A DNA stretch of 37,973 bases from a virus (Duplodnaviria > Caudoviricetes): positions 1 through 37,973 of IMG/VR virus record IMGVR_UViG_3300017902_000170, one strand, 5' to 3'. The position numbers were made by a program, and so were the translations under genes. Below the pieces are notes generated by a model that was not told where the DNA came from, ran no database searches, and was given only the letters and a program-made list of their open reading frames with translations. Below are positions 20,624 through 31,516 of the stretch, in pieces (the first letter of the stretch is position 1; each line of letters starts with the position of its first letter).

Positions 20624-23600
20624 TTAATATGGAGGGTTATCATCCATAGTAGCAGTTGTTGTATCTACATTCAATACATTTGAGTTAGCTCTCTTTGTAT
20701 CATAGTAGAAATTATTATCAACAACTTTGTTTGCGACAGCTTGTTTTGCTTGTGCAAATGTCGCCTCTCCTATCTGTTTTACCTTAATAAATTCATCATC
20801 AACCTTGAGGATATCACCTTTTGATAGTGAACCAATACCAGCACCAACTGTGATGTTTTCACCACTTGCACTAATAGCATCTGCAACTTCTACAGTTAGG
20901 AGTTTATTTGTAATAGGTGTTTGTATAATATTGTCAATCAAGATCAATGCTTGTTTGTTTGGATCTTGAACTTTGAGAAGATGTGTGCCAGTTCCTAAGC
21001 CAGTAAACTCAAATGGCAATGATGTTGATAGACCAGAAACTCTAAAGTTTACATCATCAACCTTCTGAACAAATAATTCATTAGGCATGATGTTTGTTCC
21101 ACATTCTACAGGAGTCAATTCTATGTTGTTAGTTGGAGTCGCACCACCAATATATGTTCCAGCAATCGTTATGACATTGGTTGAAGCGTATCCAGTTCCA
21201 CCAGTCACAACACCAACATTAGAAATATCTAAATTAGAATCTCTAGTAATATTAAATATCGCACCAGAACCAGATCCATTATTTGTAGATGGAACATTAG
21301 TGTATGTTGTTTGTATACCGACTCTAGAACCTGTTGTTTTGGTAACAGGGAACAACAAGTTATTAGCTGGTGTTGCACCACCAAGATATGTACCAGCAAT
21401 ACCTACAGTATCACCAACAATATAACCTTCACCACCACTAATTAGAACAACAGCAGTGGATATACATTGTCCAGTTCCTTGATCAAAGTCAAACTTAACT
21501 TGGAATCTAGCACCAGATCCAGTTGTGGTGAAGCCAGGCAAACCACCATCAGCACTACCAAATCCATACAATGTAAACACTGCGCCTGGAGGATTTTGTG
21601 TAACAGCAGTTCCTGTAACAGGGCCTGGAATTTGAACATTATATCCATTCTCAAATAGAGAACTACCACCTACTCCAGAAGTTACCGCAGCCATCACAAT
21701 GTCCTTAGTTCCTGTTGTGTATGATGTAATTGCAATACCAATTTTAGATCCACCTTGAGTGTCAAGATTTACCACTTGTCCAGTTTGGAAATCATGATTT
21801 TGAATGCTAATAATATTCAGTGGAAGGTTCACATCTGTACTTGATGCTGCATTATATGATTTTTTAAATGCTGGATTACCATTGGTTTTTAATTGGAACT
21901 GTCTACTTCCAACTAACGTACCAGTCCTATCATGTTCTCCAGTAAATCCACTTGAAATGTCATCTATGTTCAAGACCTTGTTAGTCTTGTTCATGATGAA
22001 GCTCTTAATTGGTCTACCTTCTGGGAAGAAGATTCTTTGTACAGAACCATCATCTAATGCATCATCTTCCGTAACCATAGCAAAATTATCTCTCTTACCC
22101 ATATACATCTCGTTATCAATGTTCAAGATAAGGTCAACTGTGGTATCAACTGCTTGAACTCTCATGTTATTGGATTTGGCAATTCCAACAGATACTAAGT
22201 CTAATGTGTTAGCGTCATTCTTAGGATTACTCTCAATAACAAGATCTGAGAACTCTAAGAATCCAGATGGATGAACAATTGATTTAACAGACTCTTTCCA
22301 TGTGTTATATGGTAAATTGCTCTTGATTGAATATGAGAATTTCTGGAAGTAGAAGTTATCTGATAATCTCTGACTGAAATCGTTAAGAATACCAAAATTC
22401 AAGTCATTTTTAGAAACTTTGTCTCTTGTGACACCAAGAGTTGTTGGCACGCTGAATCTGTTGACATCTCTTACGTTTCCTTTCAACTCAGATACTTGAC
22501 CGAACAATGTATCGCCAGGTAAGAGAGTACCGATAGTATCTCTCAATCTAAGTTGACTGATGTTCACATTCCAACCATTTTCTGCTACAAATCCTTCAAA
22601 CTTAGTAGATGTAACTTTCTCACCAGATAAGTACTTAGCATCATTGATAATAGTCATATTAAACTTCGCCATATCATTGAAGTTTACAATAGACCCTAAT
22701 GTGAAGTCATCATCATAAGTTCCAAGTGTAACTGTAGATATTCCAGGCGCATCTGCCATACTGAACTGTACAGTTGCATTTGTAGTGTTTACACCTGTAA
22801 CTGTGTAGAATGAGAAGTCATAATCGGATGAGTTGAAGTTACCTTCACCTGATTGTAGTGATGCTGGTTTAATTCTACAACCTTCAACAAATACCCTATC
22901 ACCAATAGCAAATGGTAACTTAACATCTGTAGATGCATAACCAGTTGTCACTGGGATGTTGAATTGTGCATCCAATAACAATTCAGCAGTAACTGTAGTA
23001 CCACTATGAGTAATATTGTCTATATCATAACCATTTGAGTTATTAGTTGTAATAATACTCAAAGGTTCTTTGAACTCAAACGCATTTTGTATAATTTCTA
23101 CACTATCAACAGCACCACCAGATACATGTGCTGCGATTGACACATTACTGTTACCTCTGACTGCAAGAGTCGGTGGCTGGTTATATCTACGTCCTCCATC
23201 AATAACTTGTATTTCATCTATCCTAGCAATACCACTAATATCAACAATAGCGGGAACTGCTAAGAATGGTAGTAAAGTTGGATCAGTTGGGTAATCAAAT
23301 CCGTCTTTAATTCTTTCAATAGTATCAATCTGTCCTATTTCGGGAGAAGAGACTTTTACAATAGCATCCTGACCTTGTGTGCTTGCAAAACCAATAACTC
23401 TTGGAAGAACTGTATATCCTTTGCCTGGGAAGTTGATTTTAGTCTTGAATATCGGGCCCCTAGCAGAAAGTGATGTTGTACTGTATGTAATTGTGCTTAC
23501 ACCAATTCTAGAAACAAATTTTTGTGATTCTAATGGTTTTTCTTTTAAGTTGAACGTAAATGTCTTATCATCTTTAATTAAAACGCTATGTTCATTTTTA

Positions 23601-26600
23601 AGAATGATATCTCTAAATGTTATATTGTTTCTACCAGTAACTTCAACGTCAGATGATCCAAATGTCTTTCTTGTGTCGGATGGCACAACAGAAGTCAAAT
23701 CATAGAAAGTTTTACTTGGCCAGAAAAGTTCGGTATTGAGAGTTACAGTAGCATTGGCATTGCCAGGGATGCCATCTCTAGTAATGTTAAATCCACCAGC
23801 GTTTGTTCCTTGAACATCAAGTCTATCGTTAAAATTGATATCTTCAAAGAAGTCCAATCTCATATCAGTCAAACTTGGATCAGAAACATCAAATGTTATG
23901 ATATTACCTGTTGTAAAATTCAAAGGCGGGTTAATTTTAGCAATGAAACTTAAATTGTTAGCACTTGCAGTCGTGACTGTCGATATTGAAACTGGATTGG
24001 AGTCAAATACGTCAGATTTGTATTTGCAGAGTTTTATAAAGTCTGGATCTTCTCTAAGAACAAAATATGTCTCATTATTGATCAATCCATTGATTGTATT
24101 TCCATTATCATAGTAAACAACTTTATCCCCGCTCTGTAAGTCTTGATCACCAATGTTTATCTGAGTCAAATCAGCAGAGAAACTTGTATATGTAAATCCA
24201 ACTCGTTTTGTAGTGACTTTAGCAAGAACTGGGTCATATCTGATAATTGTTGATTCACTAGACTTAGGTAAAGCGTCAATTTTGATTATATCACCAGCAA
24301 CAAGTTCGTGAGCAGAAGAACAACCAACTTCACCGAAGAATCTTTCTACTTTAGTTGTTACTTGAGGATATGCAGTTGATAAAGAGTGTGCAAATCCAAT
24401 ATTAGAAGCAACGTTATAAAACCATATTGCATCAGCAGCTGTGGAGAATGCTACAGTAGTTAATCCAATATAATCTTTATCAAAGTTGACTGCATAGACC
24501 TCTCCATTAGGAAGCACTTCAGTTCCAACTCCAGAAGTTGCACCAGCAGCTACTTTTGCCCAAACAAGAGATGTGCCACCAATACCCATGTTATAAACAA
24601 GTTTTTGTCCAGTAAAGAACTTGTGATTCTTAAGATATATTCTTTGTTGTGGTACAAAACGATTTTCTACAGTCTGAATCGCTTGTGTTCCTAAACCAGT
24701 GCTAGTAATTGTGTAATGTGTTCCTGTAGATCCAACACCAACTGTTTCTAGTGGATTAAAGTAGGTAAGATAGTTCTCAAAAGTAAATTGTGAAATTGTT
24801 GACGTTCCAACAGGGAACAAGAACTTATCTGGTTTTAATATTACATTATCAATGCCTGATTGGTGAGTTATCGCAGCACCAACAAAGTTTTCTCTGTTTA
24901 CGAACAATCTGGAGAAGTTAGTATCAATACCAGTGACAATCATAGTCTCTGTGCCAACACCAATATGATCACTTGGAGTAAAACCTCTAGTATCAGTCAC
25001 AAAGATATGTGTAGATACTCCAGTATTTGTTACAGTGTCTACGAATGTAGAAAGACCAACTTTTCTACTAATAACTTGAACTTTTTGAGCTCCATTGAAC
25101 TCTGTAAACTGAGATGTATCAATACCACTCAATATGACTGTTTCACCATCTGCTATGCCATGTGGAACTGTAGTAACACCAACAATGTTTCTCTTATCGA
25201 GTCTAAGTGTAGTGCCAGTGAATGTGTTGATACCTATTTCAACAGAACTTACTTGTTTACCTAAAAGTTCACTTACAACTATGTTAGCACCAGCACCATT
25301 AGTTCCTTTATTGTCTAATTCGAGTGGGTCGTCAATTTTATACCCATCTCCTCTAGAAAAAATAGTAACAGATGATATTCCAGCACTCTTTGTTTTTATA
25401 ACTTCAAATTCTTGCTTCAATACATCTTTTACATCATCAATCAACTCATAGTCAGAGTTACCGTATGATAGGTAGTATGGAGATATGTTTCTTACCAGAT
25501 CTCTACTTGCTATATCAATATCTTGGTTGAAGAAAGTGACAAAGTTTTCTTCTATAGGAGTATCTTTAAACTGTCCACCAACCATATATGGGAACTTAGG
25601 TTTAGCAACACCACTAGAGTCAACATCGACACTATAGAAGTAGGCATACGTTCCATCTGGATATTGTGGAGTCACACAATACCTACCACCGTGTATGTCT
25701 AGGTCGCCAGAGTTGTCAAAGACATAATCATTAACAAAGTATCCAAATGCAAAGCCAGGAGGTCTTAGACCCGCTTTAACACTTGTATCAAGAATATAAC
25801 CACTACTCAATCTTCTAATAGCACCACCGACTGCGTTCTGATATCCATATGGGCCATAAATGGGATTACCATCATATGCATAACCCAGAATAGGTGAGTG
25901 GAAAGCGTTAGGTGTTTCTAAGTTACCAGAATCAATATTATCTCCTAATTGATATCTCAATTTTTGAGGAGGATACATTCCAATAGTTTGTAATTGGAAC
26001 TCTGGGTTTGTGCTTGGTTTTGTTAGTATAGAATCTTCAACGTTGATGATATTTTCATTTTTTTGAACTTGGTTAATCTTCCATTCACGAACATTACCAA
26101 TAAACTTAGCACTCTTACCTCTGTTCTGTAATATCATGGTAGTGTCACTTACACCATAACCAATACCACCATCCAATATTTGTACGCCAGTAATTTTGTT
26201 ATCTGTGATTATAGGACGTACATCTCCAAAGCTACCTGTGGGGGATGAGATAATAATATCAGAGTCTTCACGATATCCGTTACCATTTGCAAGTATCTGA
26301 ACACCAATAATAGATCCACCAATAATAATTGGTTTGAGAAGAGCTAAAGATGTAACTGTGGCGATACCAACATCGGGTCTTCTATGAAAGTCCATGATAT
26401 TAGTACAACCATAACCAATACCACCTTGCTCCAGATAAACATTATCAATCGAACCAAGAACTATTGGATCTATCTCTGGTTTTATCACAGTGGTAGCAGC
26501 AAGACCTGATAATGACTCAATCTTTACTGATATGGGTGGATACTTTATAGTATGTTTACCACTGCCCAATCCACGAATTACAACGGTTTTATTTTTGTCA

Positions 26601-29600
26601 TAATTTGTAAAATTTCTTTGTGAGGAAACCCCAACATCACAAAGTTTGAATCTATTAGGATCTATAACTTTGACAGCGTACTGTGTTGAAGTTGAGAGAC
26701 CATTAGCAACAGTTCCATCGGTAGAATACTCAACGATCTCTCCGTTATTGAAGTGATGATCGTATGCCAGTATATAATCGTCAGATGTACTAATACCAGA
26801 TTGAATGTCTCCGTTAACAGGTCTTGCTGGAATGATTACTTTTCTATTTGAATATCCAGACCCAGCATTTTTTACATAGATCTTGGTTATTGTATTTTTT
26901 GACTTGACTGTGGTAAATCTATGAAAACCAAAACTTATATTTCCAATGTTAACAGTATTGATTCCAGCTTTAGCATCTTCTGGAGTATTATGTAACTTAA
27001 TTCTTTTCTCATTTACTGGAGCAACATAGTAAGCAGATCCACTAACGACGTTTACAATCGGTGTGTTACCTCTTGCATCATAGATGATACCTTCACCAGT
27101 TTCAAAGTTATGTCTATCTTCAAATGAAATACTTTCGTCAGTTGTGTTAACTGATGATCCATCTGCCTTAAAGTTAGCAACAATTCTACCTCTTACGAGA
27201 TTAGACTCAAGAACAGCACCACTACCATTACCACCTTCTACGGTAATCTTTGGTTTCTCTTGATATCCAATGCCAGGAGATACAAGTTTTACTTCTTTGA
27301 AAGATCCAACAACGTTAGCGTGACCTAGAGCATCAAATCCTTGTTGATCTTTGATGATAAGTGGAGGGCCTTTAATTACATCATAACCTGAGCCTGGATT
27401 TGTAACAGTAATGCTTGTAATATCACCATGAAAGATCTGTTCATCAAAAACAGTAGGAGGGAATAGTTCAACACCATTCGCCATCAATCCTACAGGTCTG
27501 TTGTTAACATCTCTCTTATTAGGATCATCAAATAATTCTTTTTCTTTTACAAAGGGATACTTTCTAAGTATCTTCTGATTTTTAAGTGTTTTGTTTTCCC
27601 ATCCAGATTTGTAGATGTATTGGCCAGGAGTTCCTGTTCTAACAGCGATGTACTTCTTAGCAAATACGTCAGAACCACTATATGAAAGATAAAAATCAGT
27701 TTGGTTGATTGCAGTTACAAAATAGATACCAGTATTGATTCCACTGTTAGTTGTATTGTCCCAATAGATTCTATCACCAGTTACATAATTGTGTGCTAAT
27801 AGACTAGTCCCTGCGGCAGGGTCGAAGGCGGGGTCATATGATTGAATGGTATAAGTAAACCCACCACCAAGCAAAGGCGTGCCAAATCCGTCTACAACCT
27901 CAATTGAACTAGTTTTTACCCATACCTTATTGTCAGTTGCAAAGATTGGGTAGTTTGGTAGACCAGAAGAAGCGACATAATAGAACTTCTCTTGCTTATC
28001 AAGGTAACTATTCTGAATACCAACAGGGAAGTTGTCAACACCAGCAAAATAATTATTATTATGTGATGCTTTTGTAACTGTCTTTGTAATTACTGTTGGA
28101 TTAGTTGGTATAGTACCGCTAGTTTGTACAACAACTGTATTAGCGTAAACTTGTGCTACATTTGTAGAATCATACTCGATCAATTTGACTGTAATGTCCT
28201 GTTCTTGACCAAGATCATTTTTAATCTTTAATATCTCATCAACGTAAAAAACACAAGAGTCAAATATTGAAATTCTGAAAGTATTGACGTTTACTTGGTT
28301 AATATCTGAGATTGTATGACTAGATGGTACATTGTAGATCCAATTATTGAATTGAGCATTGTCAGATAAATCTCTACCGAAAGAAAGTAACTTTAAACTA
28401 TCACCAACTTGCATATTTGTCGATTGAGAAGTATCCACTTCATCAATAACGTTTACAAGTCTGAATTGTAGTAATGATGTTTGTCCAAATCCAGCATAAG
28501 CGTATGCAAGTTTGTTTTCTAGGATATCTGCACCAAAAACCAGAGATGTTGAGATACCAGTAACACCTAAAAACTGGTTTACAGTCTTATCAGTATATCT
28601 TAGGTTCAAGAAGTTAGCACCTTCTCTTGGTTTGACCAATAGAGTACCACTTTGTCCAAATCCGACTGTAGAGTCAACTACAAGTGTCTCAGAATCCTCT
28701 GGAGTAATCTCTAATGCTTTTGTTTTACCAGGCACAGTAAAATTACCATCAAATGATGTAGAGTCAAGAGAGATCTCATAGAAATCGGTTTGATTGATTG
28801 GTCTATACTCTACATTGTAGATCGAAGCACTTACAGTTCCAATACCAGCTACATCTTGATACAGAAAGTTACCGATTGTCTGTAATGGTTGTCCACCAAA
28901 CAAGTTTTCTACTAAAACGTGCTTAGTTTTGAAATATACGTTTGCTGAAGCAGTAAGAGTTTTTTCAATTGGTTTAATTAACTCAATTTCTTCACCATAC
29001 AGTAATTTGAAAAGAATCTGATACGAAGCATCAGTTCCTTTCGACATATAGAAGTCTTTTGCCCTTGTAAGAATATTAGTTACTGATGTACCAGGCTGAA
29101 AAGTTCTATTTTCAAAGCCAGGCAAGAACTCGGTCTTGAACTTTGTAAAAAATGTCTGTAAGAAGAGGTTACTTAGGTTTATTACAGTTGAACCAGCTAT
29201 ATGAACCGCAGCATTGGTTTCGGCAAAGTTTGCAAACTCGGCAGCGTCCTCTCTTGATATCTGATCAATACCACTGAATCCTCTAGCACAGCCAAGGAAC
29301 TGAGTATCAGTTTTAGATGTATATGTTATAACTTCATTGTCAATCTTCAATAAACCATAGGTATCAGGCCAACCAGTCGTAGATGTAACGGTTAATGTCC
29401 TGTCACCAGCATAACAAGCATTAGTAAGTTCAGTAGAAACAGTAAGAGTTTCTTGATTGAACGCACCAATCTTTCTATACTCAGCCAAATTGTTGGCCAA
29501 GTCAGACATACCAGACTGGTGTTCTTGTGATTCGTAATATTGTATTAAGAAATCTTTGAATAGAGGTGATTCCTGACTTAGGTACTCAGGAATTTGTGAT

Positions 29601-29641
29601 TCTATTAAATGAGATATCTTTACTCTTTTAATATCCGTCAT
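20624..29641 (-). CDS. gp7: Baseplate wedge initiator gp7-like (N-terminal part, 3005 aa) with a discontinuous YHYH-like domain
   Basis: Directly follows gp6. N-terminal SQIPE...F..FL.QYY and KDFY.SKGT..S..ILFKLLYG; D.FYFQKFSYSIKS...W...V..IVHPSG motif; HSPILGYAYDGNPIYGPYG. Confidence 0.8.
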   Translation of the reverse strand: MTDIKRVKISHLIESQIPEYLSQESPLFKDFLIQYYESQEHQSGMSDLANNLAEYRKIGAFNQETLTVSTELTNACYAGDRTLTVTSTTGWPDTYGLLKIDNEVITYTSKTDTQFLGCARGFSGIDQISREDAAEFANFAETNAAVHIAGSTVINLSNLFLQTFFTKFKTEFLPGFENRTFQPGTSVTNILTRAKDFYMSKGTDASYQILFKLLYGEEIELIKPIEKTLTASANVYFKTKHVLVENLFGGQPLQTIGNFLYQDVAGIGTVSASIYNVEYRPINQTDFYEISLDSTSFDGNFTVPGKTKALEITPEDSETLVVDSTVGFGQSGTLLVKPREGANFLNLRYTDKTVNQFLGVTGISTSLVFGADILENKLAYAYAGFGQTSLLQFRLVNVIDEVDTSQSTNMQVGDSLKLLSFGRDLSDNAQFNNWIYNVPSSHTISDINQVNVNTFRISIFDSCVFYVDEILKIKNDLGQEQDITVKLIEYDSTNVAQVYANTVVVQTSGTIPTNPTVITKTVTKASHNNNYFAGVDNFPVGIQNSYLDKQEKFYYVASSGLPNYPIFATDNKVWVKTSSIEVVDGFGTPLLGGGFTYTIQSYDPAFDPAAGTSLLAHNYVTGDRIYWDNTTNSGINTGIYFVTAINQTDFYLSYSGSDVFAKKYIAVRTGTPGQYIYKSGWENKTLKNQKILRKYPFVKEKELFDDPNKRDVNNRPVGLMANGVELFPPTVFDEQIFHGDITSITVTNPGSGYDVIKGPPLIIKDQQGFDALGHANVVGSFKEVKLVSPGIGYQEKPKITVEGGNGSGAVLESNLVRGRIVANFKADGSSVNTTDESISFEDRHNFETGEGIIYDARGNTPIVNVVSGSAYYVAPVNEKRIKLHNTPEDAKAGINTVNIGNISFGFHRFTTVKSKNTITKIYVKNAGSGYSNRKVIIPARPVNGDIQSGISTSDDYILAYDHHFNNGEIVEYSTDGTVANGLSTSTQYAVKVIDPNRFKLCDVGVSSQRNFTNYDKNKTVVIRGLGSGKHTIKYPPISVKIESLSGLAATTVIKPEIDPIVLGSIDNVYLEQGGIGYGCTNIMDFHRRPDVGIATVTSLALLKPIIIGGSIIGVQILANGNGYREDSDIIISSPTGSFGDVRPIITDNKITGVQILDGGIGYGVSDTTMILQNRGKSAKFIGNVREWKINQVQKNENIINVEDSILTKPSTNPEFQLQTIGMYPPQKLRYQLGDNIDSGNLETPNAFHSPILGYAYDGNPIYGPYGYQNAVGGAIRRLSSGYILDTSVKAGLRPPGFAFGYFVNDYVFDNSGDLDIHGGRYCVTPQYPDGTYAYFYSVDVDSSGVAKPKFPYMVGGQFKDTPIEENFVTFFNQDIDIASRDLVRNISPYYLSYGNSDYELIDDVKDVLKQEFEVIKTKSAGISSVTIFSRGDGYKIDDPLELDNKGTNGAGANIVVSELLGKQVSSVEIGINTFTGTTLRLDKRNIVGVTTVPHGIADGETVILSGIDTSQFTEFNGAQKVQVISRKVGLSTFVDTVTNTGVSTHIFVTDTRGFTPSDHIGVGTETMIVTGIDTNFSRLFVNRENFVGAAITHQSGIDNVILKPDKFLFPVGTSTISQFTFENYLTYFNPLETVGVGSTGTHYTITSTGLGTQAIQTVENRFVPQQRIYLKNHKFFTGQKLVYNMGIGGTSLVWAKVAAGATSGVGTEVLPNGEVYAVNFDKDYIGLTTVAFSTAADAIWFYNVASNIGFAHSLSTAYPQVTTKVERFFGEVGCSSAHELVAGDIIKIDALPKSSESTIIRYDPVLAKVTTKRVGFTYTSFSADLTQINIGDQDLQSGDKVVYYDNGNTINGLINNETYFVLREDPDFIKLCKYKSDVFDSNPVSISTVTTASANNLSFIAKINPPLNFTTGNIITFDVSDPSLTDMRLDFFEDINFNDRLDVQGTNAGGFNITRDGIPGNANATVTLNTELFWPSKTFYDLTSVVPSDTRKTFGSSDVEVTGRNNITFRDIILKNEHSVLIKDDKTFTFNLKEKPLESQKFVSRIGVSTITYSTTSLSARGPIFKTKINFPGKGYTVLPRVIGFASTQGQDAIVKVSSPEIGQIDTIERIKDGFDYPTDPTLLPFLAVPAIVDISGIARIDEIQVIDGGRRYNQPPTLAVRGNSNVSIAAHVSGGAVDSVEIIQNAFEFKEPLSIITTNNSNGYDIDNITHSGTTVTAELLLDAQFNIPVTTGYASTDVKLPFAIGDRVFVEGCRIKPASLQSGEGNFNSSDYDFSFYTVTGVNTTNATVQFSMADAPGISTVTLGTYDDDFTLGSIVNFNDMAKFNMTIINDAKYLSGEKVTSTKFEGFVAENGWNVNISQLRLRDTIGTLLPGDTLFGQVSELKGNVRDVNRFSVPTTLGVTRDKVSKNDLNFGILNDFSQRLSDNFYFQKFSYSIKSNLPYNTWKESVKSIVHPSGFLEFSDLVIESNPKNDANTLDLVSVGIAKSNNMRVQAVDTTVDLILNIDNEMYMGKRDNFAMVTEDDALDDGSVQRIFFPEGRPIKSFIMNKTNKVLNIDDISSGFTGEHDRTGTLVGSRQFQLKTNGNPAFKKSYNAASSTDVNLPLNIISIQNHDFQTGQVVNLDTQGGSKIGIAITSYTTGTKDIVMAAVTSGVGGSSLFENGYNVQIPGPVTGTAVTQNPPGAVFTLYGFGSADGGLPGFTTTGSGARFQVKFDFDQGTGQCISTAVVLISGGEGYIVGDTVGIAGTYLGGATPANNLLFPVTKTTGSRVGIQTTYTNVPSTNNGSGSGAIFNITRDSNLDISNVGVVTGGTGYASTNVITIAGTYIGGATPTNNIELTPVECGTNIMPNELFVQKVDDVNFRVSGLSTSLPFEFTGLGTGTHLLKVQDPNKQALILIDNIIQTPITNKLLTVEVADAISASGENITVGAGIGSLSKGDILKVDDEFIKVKQIGEATFAQAKQAVANKVVDNNFYYDTKRANSNVLNVDTTTATMDDNPPY

Positions 29642-31516
29642 TTATCTGGTATAGATTGTTTCGCTAGCGTAACTAGAAGTTGTGACGTATGCTGTAGCAG
29701 ATGTGTTTTCACCAGAAGATACAACGTCTGGTAATGCCCTTACTGTGCTATCTGGAACACTTAATTGTAAGTATAAGTCTTTCAAGGCAATAACATCATT
29801 GGAATCAGGTATTGCTTCCACTTCAATGACTCCACTTGTTAGTGAAGTCCCTGTTATATTTACCACATCCAAATTAATCTCTCCGTGAACATAGTCCACT
29901 GTACCAGCATCATTCTTAACAACTAATGGAAGGTTATTTACGAGTTTAAAGAATACTAATTTTCCAACAGTTGTTCCAGCAGTAGGAATGTCACCCAAAT
30001 ACAAAGTTCCGTCAATACCACTGACCGTAAATCCTGTAGATCTTACGCCATATCCATTTGGTTGGTCGTAAAACGCATTTCCGTAGCAAAGTTCATAAGT
30101 TGCGAAAGTATTGATCTCAGGTACAATATCTCTTCGCATCTTAACTCTTGTAATGTTAGATGTAACACCTCTTGCAGCATCATCAATCAATCCTACGACT
30201 TTACTATACTTAAATCTACCACCAAAAGCATTAATATCTGATGAATTAGAATAAGTTGTTAGAGTCTTGGTTACGGCAGTGATAAGTTCAGCTGAATCAC
30301 TTGTAGCGTTGGTATTATAGTAAACCGAAGTATCAACTTCAACGTAAAGATATTTTAGATCAATGATTTCGGGTTTGATACCAGCAATACTGTATTGTTT
30401 TAGCTGTCTAGAGATATCATCTTTTGTAATTTGTGATAAGAAAGAACCGTTCTTTGGTTTTATAGAAATGAACACCTTACCATACTCAGGCGGGTCTAAT
30501 TCTTCTCCTCCGTAGGCGGTCACAGATTCAACGTTAGGGTAAACGAAGGGAATTATACCTGTGTAGTCATTCGCAGTCACGGCACGGTACTGGGAACTGT
30601 AGATACGAGGTGCTAGGTATTTTATACTCGATACATCTTCAATTCCGTCGCCATTTTCGGATTTTTGTTGAGTTGTTAAAACTGAAATTCCAGAAGTTAT
30701 GGTTGTATCGGTATCATCTCTTAAAATACCAACAAATGAGAAATTTCTAGCGTTATTTCCTAATCTTCCGTTAGTTACAATGTAAGTAACGGTAACTATC
30801 GCTCCAGCAGGAGGTTTTTTACCAATAATTCCGTCTCCAAACAAAATTTCATACTGCTCATCTTCAATTTCTTGAATTAGGAACAATTTAGAGGTCGAAT
30901 CAACTTGTAAAATGTTATTATAGAGCGAATATATCTCATTTGTCGTAGATGACACTGTAACACGGATAGAAGTTGTGTCAATATTCGCATTTGGAAGAAT
31001 AAATCTTTGATTTGGTTGTGAATAATCGATCTGAAATGTTTTTTCGAGATATATTCCTTCGTAAATCTTTAAATTATCAAAAGTAGCGATATTATTTGTA
31101 CCACTTGTCGCTACAAAGTCGTCTGGAATGGAAAAAATGTAAGAACTTCCCTGCTGAACACCTAATGCAACTTGTCCAGCTTTCAAAGTTACGATTTTTG
31201 TGTCATTTGTACCCAAGTCTACGCTAAAATTCACCACAGCTTGTGCAGATCTTGATGATCTGGGTACATAACCAATATTTCTTGCTAGTGATACCACGTT
31301 TTCACGCAATGTAGCACTGTCAAGGAAACATTCATTGACTGCCATGTTAGTATTGTAAGCAGTAATGTATGAGTTATACGCTAAAAGGTCAATTAGAGTC
31401 GAAAAGTTAGATCCTTCAAAGTCAAAATCAGCGAAATCACTGTTTACACGAAGGTAATCTTTAATTTGTGACCTAAGAGATGCAAAATCTAGGTTTGTAA
31501 ACTGGTTAAATGACAT
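29642..31516 (-). CDS. gp6: Baseplate wedge subunit gp6
   Basis: FTNLDF..L...IKDYLR..SDF.DFDFEGSN, FLDSATLRENVVSLARNIGY.P.S, FGDGIIGKK, Q.RAVTA.DY and YGKVFISIKP. Confidence 0.95.
   Translation of the reverse strand: MSFNQFTNLDFASLRSQIKDYLRVNSDFADFDFEGSNFSTLIDLLAYNSYITAYNTNMAVNECFLDSATLRENVVSLARNIGYVPRSSRSAQAVVNFSVDLGTNDTKIVTLKAGQVALGVQQGSSYIFSIPDDFVATSGTNNIATFDNLKIYEGIYLEKTFQIDYSQPNQRFILPNANIDTTSIRVTVSSTTNEIYSLYNNILQVDSTSKLFLIQEIEDEQYEILFGDGIIGKKPPAGAIVTVTYIVTNGRLGNNARNFSFVGILRDDTDTTITSGISVLTTQQKSENGDGIEDVSSIKYLAPRIYSSQYRAVTANDYTGIIPFVYPNVESVTAYGGEELDPPEYGKVFISIKPKNGSFLSQITKDDISRQLKQYSIAGIKPEIIDLKYLYVEVDTSVYYNTNATSDSAELITAVTKTLTTYSNSSDINAFGGRFKYSKVVGLIDDAARGVTSNITRVKMRRDIVPEINTFATYELCYGNAFYDQPNGYGVRSTGFTVSGIDGTLYLGDIPTAGTTVGKLVFFKLVNNLPLVVKNDAGTVDYVHGEINLDVVNITGTSLTSGVIEVEAIPDSNDVIALKDLYLQLSVPDSTVRALPDVVSSGENTSATAYVTTSSYASETIYTR

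Noticed and set aside
887-29888. Many + strand ORFs (60-134 aa) and short alternate-frame minus ORFs inside the structural genes
   Set aside because: They are fully nested in long genes and look like antisense shadows caused by codon bias; no promoters, SD or protein motifs were evident.
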